Below, piece by piece: positions 1 through 9,511 of a DNA stretch of 64,000 nucleotides; position 1 is the first letter of the stretch, and every line of letters begins with the position of its first letter. A program made the translations under genes and the position numbers. The stretch lies in the sequence record NC_005083.2. One strand, given 5' to 3'. The notes under the pieces are model-generated. The model was given only the letters and a program-made list of their open reading frames with translations. It had not been told where the DNA came from and did not search any database.

Positions 1-52
1 TTCGTTTTGCACCTTCGACTCAAAACAGCGCGATTACATTCGGTGAGTAAAA

Positions 53-685
53 ATGAAGATCAATAAATTTCAAGTAGACGGCAAGCCATTCTTGATGATT
101 GATGACTTTCTACCTAGTGAAGTTGTTGATGAAATCGAGGACACGTTAAAATCAATCAACGATTGGGATCACGCCGACAACATCTTTGACTTCAATACGA
201 TTGTCAAAGACAAAACCGCGATACTGCAAGGTGACCAATATCGCTTGCGAACTGGTGTGTTAGCTGAACTTGCCGAATCGACGCTCGACCGAATTCTTGA
301 AATACTCGAAACTGAATTCGGATGCAAGTACGATAAAGACGTTCTTCGTAAAATCAACGAATGGGAATATGCGTTTCGTTTCAATACATCGTATTATGAA
401 AAAGTAAACGATGAAATGCTGTTTCATTATGACAGCAAAGGCGTAACATTCATGTATATGCCATGCGACCAGCATGACGACGGTACGTATTTCTTCGCTG
501 ACGGTGATCGTGACAAGCACGTATACACTCTGAAGCATAAGCGCGGGTCAGTTGCGATATTCAATGCAAGTGATATTATGCATTGCAGCGCGAAGCCGTC
601 ACCGCTTGATGACTACCGATACACTATGGTATGGCAGTTTGTATTCCCGTCTCATCTTAAACCAATTAGAGAAGTAATCGCATGA
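53..685 (+). CDS. 2OG-Fe(II) oxygenase superfamily protein
   Basis: HxD (FHYDS), distal His (IMHCS) and R-x-T (YRYT) motifs. Confidence 0.75.
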   Translation: MKINKFQVDGKPFLMIDDFLPSEVVDEIEDTLKSINDWDHADNIFDFNTIVKDKTAILQGDQYRLRTGVLAELAESTLDRILEILETEFGCKYDKDVLRKINEWEYAFRFNTSYYEKVNDEMLFHYDSKGVTFMYMPCDQHDDGTYFFADGDRDKHVYTLKHKRGSVAIFNASDIMHCSAKPSPLDDYRYTMVWQFVFPSHLKPIREVIA

Positions 686-1296
686 AATACGAAAAACTTC
701 AAATCGACGGGTGCGCGTTTGTATTGATTGAAGATCTATTGCCAGAAGATTTGGTTGAAAAACTTGATAAAGCAATGAAGAAAGAACTTGCATGGCAACA
801 CGACGACAACATTTTTAAGTTTTGCCATTACGTTAAAGATCGTTCAGCAACTCTTCAAGGTGATATGTTTGAACTTGCCGATGATCCAGAGTTGACTGAA
901 CTTTCAGAACAGCTACTACAACACGTTTTGGATTTCATCAAAGCTGAGTTCAATCACGAGTTCACGATTGAAGAACTAAAGCCGATATTTTCTCGCGAAC
1001 GAATTCACCGATACAAACCGCATTACTACGACAATGCAAAAGGTAACTTGCTGTATCATAAAGATGCGTGGATGACTATTTTCTACATGCCAGATGCGTA
1101 TGCAGATGAAGGCACTCATTTTTATGCAAATGAAGACCCAGAACAGCTTGTTTACACGCTGAAGCACAAACGTGGTATGATTGCGTTATTCAACGGTGAC
1201 ATTCTACACGCACCAGCTAAGATGTCAGAAACAGACACAAATAGAATTGTGTTGACTATGCAATATCATACTCATATTCAAGACATAATCTCATAG
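682..1296 (+). CDS. 2OG-Fe(II) oxygenase, paralog of 53..685
   Basis: YHKD, ILHAP and NRIVLT motifs; shares TLKHKRG and LQGD with upstream ORF. Confidence 0.75.
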   Translation: MKYEKLQIDGCAFVLIEDLLPEDLVEKLDKAMKKELAWQHDDNIFKFCHYVKDRSATLQGDMFELADDPELTELSEQLLQHVLDFIKAEFNHEFTIEELKPIFSRERIHRYKPHYYDNAKGNLLYHKDAWMTIFYMPDAYADEGTHFYANEDPEQLVYTLKHKRGMIALFNGDILHAPAKMSETDTNRIVLTMQYHTHIQDIIS

Positions 1297-1303
1297 GTGA
1301 AAC

Positions 1304-1831
1304 ATGGACAGTCACAGAGCAGAAATCATCCGTTTGAAACGACGTGTGTCTAAGCTAGAAGAATTGGTGAAAACTCTCATGAATCGTGACGTTACACCCC
1401 GTAACGTTTTCGATGAAGAAGACGAGCACATTTCATTACATCCCGTTGATGACACATTCGATATGTTTCGAATCAAGCGTGAGCTATTGCAAGCAATGTC
1501 TCAACAATCTGTGCGTTATCTCGACATTACGTTCGAGAATTATCCTGACGTAGCACGACACAAAGTGTATCAGAATCATCTAATGCAAGATGTCGGTATG
1601 TCAGATGCCGACCGCAAGAAACTTGCAAAGACTCGTTACATGATTGCCGATGAAATGTCAGTGGGTGATGAGTTCGAATGTCCTGGATGTGGTGAGAAAG
1701 TCATTAAGAAATCTTACCAGCATCGTTTCTGTGGTGTGAAGAAACAAGGTCAGAGCAATTGCAAAGATTTTATAAACAATTGGTTTAACCCAAAGCGTTT
1801 AGAACGCACACTTGAATGGCTTGAAAAATGA
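1304..1831 (+). CDS. hypothetical protein with C-terminal Zn-binding motif
   Basis: CPGC...HRFC...C. Confidence 0.55.
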   Translation: MDSHRAEIIRLKRRVSKLEELVKTLMNRDVTPRNVFDEEDEHISLHPVDDTFDMFRIKRELLQAMSQQSVRYLDITFENYPDVARHKVYQNHLMQDVGMSDADRKKLAKTRYMIADEMSVGDEFECPGCGEKVIKKSYQHRFCGVKKQGQSNCKDFINNWFNPKRLERTLEWLEK

Positions 1832-2076
1832 AGACAAGAATAGTAAGATTCGAAGACGGTACGGGAAAATCACTGTATCGCATACAGTTCAAGAATTGGT
1901 ATTGGCCATTCTGGACATTTTACAAACGAATGAATGATGCAGGAAGTGAAGGCATTGTTGAGTGCGAGACTATTGAAGATGCAATTAAATGTCTTCAATG
2001 CGACGCTCAACGAGAACTTCACCGTCATCGTGAGTTCAAAGAAGTTGTGGGAAGTTATGATGATCAAATCTGTTAA
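1828..2076 (+). CDS. hypothetical protein
   Basis: ATGA overlap with upstream ORF. Confidence 0.6.
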   Translation: MKTRIVRFEDGTGKSLYRIQFKNWYWPFWTFYKRMNDAGSEGIVECETIEDAIKCLQCDAQRELHRHREFKEVVGSYDDQIC

Positions 2077-2410
2077 AGCTTTATTCAGCAAACGCAAATG
2101 GAATGTTGTAGGTCGTTCTGAAAATCTCGATTTATGGACAGTGACTACTCGCAGACCACAAGTGAAATGTCGATTACTATTGAAAGAAGATCAGCACGGG
2201 AATCGTGATTATGAACTTGACATGCTCGACGACTCTCCTGTTAATTACAATAGTTCAATTCGCTATTGCATGATTGACCAAATCATCCCGCGTGAATACA
2301 TTCACAAGTTCTTGAAAGGTTGGTCAGTAGACAAAATCAACCGCATTTACGGGAAGACTGTCTTTACCATTGAGAAAACGCCATACGAGTCTTTCAAAGA
2401 CTGGCGTTAA
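2057..2410 (+). CDS. hypothetical protein
   Basis: start moved to in-frame ATG 2057; ends at terminator. Confidence 0.55.
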   Translation: MMIKSVKALFSKRKWNVVGRSENLDLWTVTTRRPQVKCRLLLKEDQHGNRDYELDMLDDSPVNYNSSIRYCMIDQIIPREYIHKFLKGWSVDKINRIYGKTVFTIEKTPYESFKDWR

Positions 2411-2411
2411 T

Positions 2412-2438
2412 AAAAGCCCCTTAATTGGGGCTTTTTTA
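2412..2438 (+). terminator. intrinsic terminator
   Basis: aagcccc-ttaatt-ggggctt followed by T run. Confidence 0.85.
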
Positions 2439-2466
2439 GGTTTGATGAAAATAATTGAAAAAGTTA

Positions 2467-2495
2467 TTGACGAGTGTTTAGAATTTGCCTAATAT
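2467..2495 (+). promoter_or_regulatory. sigma70-type early promoter
   Basis: TTGACG-17-TAATAT with A-rich upstream element. Confidence 0.75.
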
Positions 2496-2530
2496 GTGTC
2501 TATCGAAACGAAACAACGAAAGAGAAAATT

Positions 2531-2860
2531 ATGACTACAATCACATTTACGAGCGACACTCACTTCGGTCACGCTTCTGTATCATCAAATGATTTAGTGA
2601 CTAAGCTGTTCAAAGAGATTCTTCGCAAGAACAACATTAGTTATCGCAAATTGTACCGCGAGAAACGCACGTCAGCGCATCGTAGCAACATTGACGGTAA
2701 GAGCGTACGATTCGTCGGAGTTCGTCATACAATCGCTGAGAAGACGATAGAGAAGGTTCTACGCGAGTTTAACGCTATCATGCCAGATACTTACGTGGCT
2801 GAGTACAACAAGCCATGGTCTCGTTATGCATGTGCATCATTTCAAATTTTTAAGAAGTAG
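2531..2860 (+). CDS. hypothetical protein with metallophosphoesterase-like N-terminal motif
   Basis: RBS agaga before ATG 2531; FTSDTHFGH only. Confidence 0.55.
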   Translation: MTTITFTSDTHFGHASVSSNDLVTKLFKEILRKNNISYRKLYREKRTSAHRSNIDGKSVRFVGVRHTIAEKTIEKVLREFNAIMPDTYVAEYNKPWSRYACASFQIFKK

Positions 2861-2863
2861 ATT

Positions 2864-3211
2864 ATGATTAAAAAAGACGTTAGTCGCCTCACGGTAGGCG
2901 ACATCAATTACGACACCGATTGGACGAGTACTATCATCTTAGATGAAGGCGTCTACAAACTTTCAGGTGTTCAAAAAGACGGTGAGAAACTGCCTGACTT
3001 TGAGCACGAAGAACTTGAGCACGTGATCGCGGTTGTTAATCAATCAATCGCTGATAGAACAAGCGGATCATTCATGCGACAGTTCAATCGCCACATTGTC
3101 ATTGAATCGACAAACAGCTTGCTGCATGTTCGCTTAGGTTACGGTTCGTATGATAGTAAATCACCAATGCATTACTTGCACGAGATTAAAATCGAGGTTA
3201 AAAATGACTAA
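2864..3211 (+). CDS. hypothetical protein
   Basis: ORF in tightly packed run. Confidence 0.6.
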   Translation: MIKKDVSRLTVGDINYDTDWTSTIILDEGVYKLSGVQKDGEKLPDFEHEELEHVIAVVNQSIADRTSGSFMRQFNRHIVIESTNSLLHVRLGYGSYDSKSPMHYLHEIKIEVKND

Positions 3212-3638
3212 AGGTTGGTCAGATTACGAGCTTGAAGGTCGCTCAAAACAAGAACCTGTTCGACACAAGATGCAAGATTCAGTCGATGAAATGTGTCGTA
3301 TTATGCGAGACGAGCATGATCGTTTCAGCGTCTCAACTCACACGGTTGATTTCGACAATGGGATTGAGTTATGGCGCACCGATATGACTTGCATTTGGAC
3401 TGGTAGAACTACTCAAAAGGTATTCACATGGGAACAAGCAAAACAGCTACGTGATGCATATGACGACGGTATGCAGACTAAGAAGACTAAAGCACAAGAA
3501 GAAATCGAACGCAAATTCTTGCGCAAAAAACAACGTCCTCAAGAGCCAGTAGCTGAGAAAAACAGTGATCGTGGCATTGGCGTTGAAATGGTTGGTATTA
3601 AGAAGTCAGATAAACGCTGGTGGGAGTTTTGGAAATGA
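3204..3638 (+). CDS. hypothetical protein
   Basis: in-frame ATG 3204 with gagg RBS. Confidence 0.6.
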   Translation: MTKGWSDYELEGRSKQEPVRHKMQDSVDEMCRIMRDEHDRFSVSTHTVDFDNGIELWRTDMTCIWTGRTTQKVFTWEQAKQLRDAYDDGMQTKKTKAQEEIERKFLRKKQRPQEPVAEKNSDRGIGVEMVGIKKSDKRWWEFWK

Positions 3639-4099
3639 AATCACAAGAAGAATTTGCACGTCATGCAATGCGCGTAAGAGCAGCAGTTGGCTTGTTTGAT
3701 ACAGACATTAGCTTCCAAGAAGCATTAAACGATGATTTGTCTCATCGTGGTCAGCGTGTCATGTCAGCGTTACCAGACAACATTCAGTTCATGTGGCAGA
3801 AACGCGACGAAATGAACGAAAAGATTTTAGCTGAAATCAGTTGCATCGAAAAGCGCATTGACAAAACGCTATGCGAAATCAACGATCCGTTACATGCAAT
3901 CGGAAAATACGTAGCGAAGAAATCAGGCAAGCCTTTTAAAGGCGGCGAAGATATTGTCAAAGTAACGGGTATTACAAGACACCCTCACGTCGATGGGTAT
4001 GCGTTTACTTACAACTACTCAGAAGAAGACGGTAAATTGGCACAATCATACATTCACACGGCTATGGTAATTATCAACTATTCTAGTTTGAAATTATGA
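3635..4099 (+). CDS. hypothetical protein
   Basis: ATGA overlap, ggag RBS. Confidence 0.6.
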   Translation: MKSQEEFARHAMRVRAAVGLFDTDISFQEALNDDLSHRGQRVMSALPDNIQFMWQKRDEMNEKILAEISCIEKRIDKTLCEINDPLHAIGKYVAKKSGKPFKGGEDIVKVTGITRHPHVDGYAFTYNYSEEDGKLAQSYIHTAMVIINYSSLKL

Positions 4100-4566
4100 T
4101 CATTTATGAAAACGGGATCCCCGTCAAGACTCACGAACATCAACCAGAGAGTAAAACAATGTTAGAAAAAGTAAACGAATTTGTAAAAGCAAAGCCACTT
4201 GTATCACTTGCACTTGCCGTTGCAATCGGTGTAATTGGTACTAAAGTGATTCAATCTGACCCACTTGCTGAAAAACCGCTATTGAAATACCGTGTCGTGT
4301 ACGAATACAACAAAGATTACGGTCGTGATTGTGGTGATTTAGGCGACGGTTACTACTGGTACACGCAAGAACTCAACGAAGGCATCATCTTCGATAACTG
4401 GAAGCCAAGTGGTTGGTGTGCAGAAACTGAATCGGGTGCGCGTGAGTTGGCAGAAAGCGCGATTAAAAAGCGCATCGAGACTGAAAACTCGAAAGCGCGT
4501 GTATATCAAGCATGGGCAACTAAGGAAGACTCGGTACGTTTCGAGCCTCTAAAGGTGACTGAATGA
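4096..4566 (+). CDS. hypothetical membrane-anchored protein
   Basis: hydrophobic stretch LVSLALAVAIGVIG. Confidence 0.6.
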   Translation: MIIYENGIPVKTHEHQPESKTMLEKVNEFVKAKPLVSLALAVAIGVIGTKVIQSDPLAEKPLLKYRVVYEYNKDYGRDCGDLGDGYYWYTQELNEGIIFDNWKPSGWCAETESGARELAESAIKKRIETENSKARVYQAWATKEDSVRFEPLKVTE

Positions 4567-4892
4567 TCTCACTAGGTACATTGATTGCACTGTTCGCAGT
4601 GCATTTCATTGCAGATTTCTTCGTACAAACTGAACATCAAGCAATGAACAAGAGCAAAGACATCTGGCCATTAGCTAGACACTGCCTAACATACGCACTG
4701 TGCTTCTTGCCATTTGGTATCCTGTTCGCAATCGTAACTGGTATACTGCACATGGTTGTCGATTACATGACTTCAAGGATGACAAGCTCACTTTGGGCGA
4801 AAGGTGAAACTCGTAAGTTCTTCCAAGTCATCGGGTTCGATCAGTTCTTACATGCAGTTAGTTTAGTAACGATGTACGTAATTTTGAATTAA
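4563..4892 (+). CDS. DUF3307-family membrane protein
   Basis: HFIADFFVQ, RHC..Y, LHMVVD, GFDQFLH motifs. Confidence 0.8.
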   Translation: MISLGTLIALFAVHFIADFFVQTEHQAMNKSKDIWPLARHCLTYALCFLPFGILFAIVTGILHMVVDYMTSRMTSSLWAKGETRKFFQVIGFDQFLHAVSLVTMYVILN

Positions 4893-4906
4893 TTAAAGAA
4901 AAGTGG

Positions 4907-4935
4907 TTGCTCTATGCAGCCACTTTCTGTATTAT
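4907..4935 (+). promoter_or_regulatory. early promoter with -35 inside a hairpin
   Basis: TTGCTC-17-TATTAT then AGCTACATC; hairpin aaagtggttgc/gcagccacttt. Confidence 0.7.
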
Positions 4936-4974
4936 AGCTACATCAAGTGACGAGTTAAACAAAAAGAGAACATT

Positions 4975-5223
4975 ATGAAAATCAATCTTCGCAAACTTCT
5001 AATGTGGTGGGACGAAAACGAACAAGTTGCTGGCGAGTTCACGAACTTCGTGCTTGAGTATGCAATGAAAGCTGGTAGTGACAACTTCATTTCAGATTAT
5101 GCAACTTATCTTCGTGATTCTGGCAAGTACACTGTGCCAAATCTAGCTGACTTAGAATCTCTTCTTCGTCATGCGGGATTGAAATCCGAGTTTGATGGCC
5201 GCCACACTCGAATCGTTCTATAA
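4975..5223 (+). CDS. hypothetical early protein
   Basis: agagaacattATG leader. Confidence 0.65.
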   Translation: MKINLRKLLMWWDENEQVAGEFTNFVLEYAMKAGSDNFISDYATYLRDSGKYTVPNLADLESLLRHAGLKSEFDGRHTRIVL

Positions 5224-5232
5224 GAGGTCAAT

Positions 5233-5652
5233 ATGTTAAAGAAAATATGGCGAGCATTATTTCCAGACCCTGAATGGAAAGTAGCCGCATACACAGCTCA
5301 GAAGTCGTTCGATGTATCTAGCTCTTGGTGTAATAAAGGGGTTATTAAGTGTCGTGCAGTTATTCTAGTAGACAAGCATGACCGCCGACAAGTTAGAGTA
5401 GTATTCGATGAGTACGATTATGGTCGAGAAATATCAGCGTACAATGAGAACTTAATTCGAAAAATCTTATCGAGTAATAGTCTGGCATTGATTCGAGGCT
5501 CGATGAGTACTAGAAAGTTGAATAGCTATGATGGATTTGATCTGTGCGAACACCACGAAGCATTCTACGATTGGGAAACATTCAAGAATAACTTCATTTA
5601 TGGTGAAGTTGATTTATGCGGGAACTTAATTGAGAAAAGCGAAGCGGAATAG
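5233..5652 (+). CDS. hypothetical protein
   Basis: gagg RBS. Confidence 0.6.
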   Translation: MLKKIWRALFPDPEWKVAAYTAQKSFDVSSSWCNKGVIKCRAVILVDKHDRRQVRVVFDEYDYGREISAYNENLIRKILSSNSLALIRGSMSTRKLNSYDGFDLCEHHEAFYDWETFKNNFIYGEVDLCGNLIEKSEAE

Positions 5653-5732
5653 CCAACTGAGGCGGAAAAATTCCGCATCATCTTAGTAGAATTAGTAGTT
5701 TTAGTGAAGTTAGTAATATTAGGAGTATTAGA
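5638..5732 (+). repeat. hairpin plus TAG-iteron element, copy 1
   Basis: near-identical reverse complement at 59964..60060. Confidence 0.9.
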
Positions 5733-6428
5733 ATGAAAAAGCTCGTACTTGTAGCTGCCGCTGCTGTAGCTCTTGTTGGATGTGGTGATTTGCCACGCCT
5801 GGAAACTAAGACAGACAAGAAATTCACCACGGTTAATGCAGTTGTGAACAAAAAAGAGCGTGAAATGATTAACTACTGGATGGCAGATGCTGACGGTAGT
5901 AACTATCTTTACAACAAGCTTTGGACTGCTCTTGCTACTCGTAACAAATACGGTTCTAATGCTGTGCGTCGTTCAGATGATGAAGTTCCGTTCTGTGATG
6001 TCATTGTAGCTCTTGCTAAATCTGAAGAAGATATTCGAAGCACGTACGAGCGTACATTTAATAATCAGTGGCGAACTCAATACGGCATTAGTCTTAATCA
6101 GCAATGTGGCTATACTCCACCAGAAACACTCGAAGAGCAAGCAGAGCGCGTTGAGAAACTTGAAATGCAAGCTGATTTGAAAAAGCGTGAGCAACAAGCA
6201 CAGAGTATTGAAACGCTTGATGACGTTGCCGACGCGACGACTGAGCTACTTGATCCGCATGAGTACGACTATCTGATCGAATCGGCACGCGAGTGTAATC
6301 GAGCCAAAACCAAATTGCTTGAACTAACGCAAGCAGGCAAACCTTTGACACAAGCTGACGGCTCAGATGCACGTAAGCTAATTATCGAATGCAAAATGCA
6401 TAAACTTGAAGTTGAATTGAATAAGTGA
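5733..6428 (+). CDS. lipoprotein, paralog of 18272..18991
   Basis: lipobox LVGC; EVPFCDVI, CNRAK, KLEVELNK shared with paralog. Confidence 0.75.
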   Translation: MKKLVLVAAAAVALVGCGDLPRLETKTDKKFTTVNAVVNKKEREMINYWMADADGSNYLYNKLWTALATRNKYGSNAVRRSDDEVPFCDVIVALAKSEEDIRSTYERTFNNQWRTQYGISLNQQCGYTPPETLEEQAERVEKLEMQADLKKREQQAQSIETLDDVADATTELLDPHEYDYLIESARECNRAKTKLLELTQAGKPLTQADGSDARKLIIECKMHKLEVELNK

Positions 6429-6434
6429 GAAAAC

Positions 6435-7217
6435 ATGTTGAGAACAAATATTGCGATTGAAGAACTGAAAATCCGAATGCATCCGTTCGATCAAGTTGCG
6501 AACGCAAACAACGACGATAGCTCAGTTCGCGACTGGCGCCAAATCCCTGACGTTGCTAATGACAATATCTTGAAGAACTCGGTTCTACCGTCGTGGGTAA
6601 TTCGAGAGTTTCACTGGCGTGATATTTCATTCAATCAACCATCAATGGGTGATCTGCCCGTTGAGTACAAAACAGAAGCAGGTGAAATCGGTAAATGTCA
6701 ATCGCATTATCTCGGTGAACTTGATGATTGCAAGTTCTGGCGCCCTGATATTGTATCTTTGAATGCTCAATTCATTGATTCAAAAGACGTTGATAAAGCA
6801 CTTGCAGAATTGCAAGCCGTTGATGTGTTTGACGCTTCACAAGGATTCGCTGACGGTCGACCTGACCCGGTTAGTCACAATGAACACGGTATAACCGATG
6901 ATGAGCTTGAAGCTGCAATCGTCGAAGCTGAAATGGCAGCGGCTGTGGATGCTTTAAAAGTTGAGTCGCAATCGTTGTTCGATCCAGATCATGTTTATTA
7001 CATGAATGAAAAGTATTATATTATCGGTGACGATCCGTTTGACGAAAATTACTGCTATGCGTTGAATGCTGCAAAATACCCACAGCGTATTGCAAAATCC
7101 CAACTCGTAACCGATGAGCAATACAAAGAAGCTGAAGTTTTGAAGAATCAGTTCCCGCAGATGTGGACTGCTCAAGATTACGCAAAGCTTGCTAAGTTCA
7201 TTCGCAGCAAAAAGTAG
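6435..7217 (+). CDS. hypothetical protein
   Basis: 260-aa ORF with RBS. Confidence 0.65.
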   Translation: MLRTNIAIEELKIRMHPFDQVANANNDDSSVRDWRQIPDVANDNILKNSVLPSWVIREFHWRDISFNQPSMGDLPVEYKTEAGEIGKCQSHYLGELDDCKFWRPDIVSLNAQFIDSKDVDKALAELQAVDVFDASQGFADGRPDPVSHNEHGITDDELEAAIVEAEMAAAVDALKVESQSLFDPDHVYYMNEKYYIIGDDPFDENYCYALNAAKYPQRIAKSQLVTDEQYKEAEVLKNQFPQMWTAQDYAKLAKFIRSKK

Positions 7218-7246
7218 TTTCCGATGCGGGTTGTTACGACATCCCG

Positions 7247-7254
7247 CATAAATA
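7247..7254 (+). promoter_or_regulatory. T4-type late promoter variant
   Basis: CATAAATA overlapping a hairpin with TACG loop (7224..7249). Confidence 0.65.
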
Positions 7255-7286
7255 GTTCTATATGGACTAACAAGGAAATTACGACA

Positions 7287-7817
7287 ATGCCAACTCCTAC
7301 AACAGGTGCGATTTCAATCGGTACCGTTCGTGATTATTTCAGTAGAACCGGCGCTGCTTCATTGTCTCAGTACTACAGAGGCGGCGGTATTGTTCCTGAT
7401 ATTACTGAAAATGCTCACGTACCAACTTCAGGCGCGATTAGCTTGAATGACTTGCGCGGTGTATATCGCTTGTCAACGTATACGACATCATTTACGACAA
7501 CATACAACACCACTGTATCAACATCGAATACGACTTCGCGTAGTACATCAAGAAGTACAACTAGAAGTACTGCATACAGTACAACTCGCTCGACTGCGTA
7601 TACTACTAGTTGGACAACTAGCCGAACTACGTCGGTGACTAAAGGTTCGTATTCGACATCATACACGACTTCTCGTGCTACATCACGTTCAACATCATAT
7701 AGCACGACACGTTCAACAGCTTATACGTCTACGTGGACAACATCATGGACAACCACGTACAACACAACAGTATCAACATCAAACACAACTTCGCGAAGCA
7801 CGCAAGTTGCAGTTTAA
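7287..7817 (+). CDS. Ser/Thr-rich repeat protein, probable virion surface protein
   Basis: aagga RBS; N-terminal PTTGAIS..SLSQYYRGG..PTSGAISLNDLRG module; about two-thirds S/T in last ~114 aa. Confidence 0.75.
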   Translation: MPTPTTGAISIGTVRDYFSRTGAASLSQYYRGGGIVPDITENAHVPTSGAISLNDLRGVYRLSTYTTSFTTTYNTTVSTSNTTSRSTSRSTTRSTAYSTTRSTAYTTSWTTSRTTSVTKGSYSTSYTTSRATSRSTSYSTTRSTAYTSTWTTSWTTTYNTTVSTSNTTSRSTQVAV

Positions 7818-7829
7818 CAGGGTTAAATT

Positions 7830-8048
7830 ATGAGCTACAATGAAGAACACGAGAACCGAATCAACGAGCTTGAGAACAAGGTTTCAAAGCTTGAGTCGAT
7901 AATTGAAAATCTGGTCGAGTCAATGACTTCGAACAGCGAAGCTATTATCGAACATATTGCATCACTTGAGACCGAGAGGGATTCGATTCTTGCATCATAT
8001 GATGACAAACTTAATGAGATCGTGACCAAATATGAACCCAAGCAATAG
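7830..8048 (+). CDS. small acidic coiled-coil protein
   Basis: heptad-like INELENKVSKLESII. Confidence 0.6.
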   Translation: MSYNEEHENRINELENKVSKLESIIENLVESMTSNSEAIIEHIASLETERDSILASYDDKLNEIVTKYEPKQ

Positions 8049-8886
8049 AGAAATGACTGGGTTCAATAACATTTCTCGCACCGGTAAGTTGAAATTACAA
8101 TCCGATGCAGACAACGTCCGTGCCATGTGTATGGACGTTGTTCGTTTATTGAACTCTAAAAATATACCATCTAACTTCGACATCAATCACAATGACGGTG
8201 GTAACATCGGCGTGCATGAATGGGTGTCACAAATCCGCTTCATTCACTTGAAATACATGAACGTTAATTTCCAAACGAAGATTTTCAAGCATGCCTATCA
8301 TAACACTGAAAACGTCGTTGACTATTTTGACACGTTCAAACATTCTGACAAATATCATCTATCAGCGAAGCCTAGATTTTTAGAATATGAAAACGTCGTA
8401 TTTCTATGTGGATCGAATGTACTTGAATTGGCAATTGACTTTGACAAGATTGATACGCTGGTCGAACATTATCCCGATTTAGTGATCAAACCACACCCGA
8501 TTACGACGCTGTATTACATCAATATGCTTAAAACTCGATATGGATCGAAGCGCGTGCTTTCTCAGAAGATCAGCGGTGTTGATGTTCTTAAATCTGCTAA
8601 ACGTGTTTGGCTACCTTCAACGTCTGAGTTCTGGTTTAGTGCCTTGAACTACGACAAAGAAATCGGGTTTATCTCTAAAGATGGTTTCTGTGGAACGTAC
8701 ACGTCAATCATCAACGCAGTATGGGAATTGCATGAAGAAACCGGTGATCCATTGAAAGATATTGTGAATAAAATTATCTCGTCACCTTACTCAGGTCTGT
8801 ATGGTAGTATGGCAGACTTTGAAGAGCATCACGAGAAATACTGTAATGTGATTCTAGAACTAGGGGGTAATTTCGATAATGTATGA
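8032..8886 (+). CDS. capsule-biosynthesis-like (KpsS/GT-B type) glycosyltransferase candidate
   Basis: LVIKPHP motif followed by SGVDVL..AKRV...STSE pattern. Confidence 0.45.
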   Translation: MNPSNREMTGFNNISRTGKLKLQSDADNVRAMCMDVVRLLNSKNIPSNFDINHNDGGNIGVHEWVSQIRFIHLKYMNVNFQTKIFKHAYHNTENVVDYFDTFKHSDKYHLSAKPRFLEYENVVFLCGSNVLELAIDFDKIDTLVEHYPDLVIKPHPITTLYYINMLKTRYGSKRVLSQKISGVDVLKSAKRVWLPSTSEFWFSALNYDKEIGFISKDGFCGTYTSIINAVWELHEETGDPLKDIVNKIISSPYSGLYGSMADFEEHHEKYCNVILELGGNFDNV

Positions 8887-9511
8887 TTATGTAATTCACA
8901 CTTCGATTAGTGACAAAAGTCAGCTAAACCAACTAGTGATGTTTGTCGGGTCTTTCATCGAGACGCACAAAAAAGGTCGCGTGGTCTGCGTGACTGATCT
9001 TGAACTTGATTTCACGATGCCTCGACTGTCATTTGAGAAAAAACTACCCGAAGAGTACGTTTTCATTTCAGTTGACAATCTATTTTTACAAAAAACATAC
9101 GGCGTTGTTAGCTACATTGACAGTGGTACTTGGCGATGTACTTGGCAAAAGAATGATCATGATGATTTCGTCATTAAAAAGCATGGCGAAAGAAGCGGGT
9201 TGATTCACCCTGATATTGCAATTGCAAATTACAATGTTTCGAGACATGGCGATCTCGACATGTATTACAACGCGCTTCGTTACATTGAGAGCGCAATCAC
9301 GATCAACTGCAAAGACTTTGCCCCTGCTGCTGAGAATAAAATCAACAGCTTTTACACGCTTGTATTTCCATGGGAGATTTATTTTCACGTTATGATCACT
9401 TACCAAGAGTATATTGATTCTGAATACGTTGAGCGAGTTCGCGCTAACTGTCATAAGTTCGCACACTCGGTTTATTACAGAAAATCAGGGTTGTTACGTG
9501 ATGGGTTATGA
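8879..9511 (+). CDS. hypothetical protein, possible GT-A glycosyltransferase
   Basis: N-terminal beta-alpha-beta ending VVCVTD; SYIDS resembles DxD region; weak. Confidence 0.35.
   Translation: MYDYVIHTSISDKSQLNQLVMFVGSFIETHKKGRVVCVTDLELDFTMPRLSFEKKLPEEYVFISVDNLFLQKTYGVVSYIDSGTWRCTWQKNDHDDFVIKKHGERSGLIHPDIAIANYNVSRHGDLDMYYNALRYIESAITINCKDFAPAAENKINSFYTLVFPWEIYFHVMITYQEYIDSEYVERVRANCHKFAHSVYYRKSGLLRDGL

Noticed and set aside
7415-7705. antisense Val/Asp/Leu-rich ORF
   Set aside because: Mirror of the Ser/Thr codon repeats on the opposite strand; no RBS.
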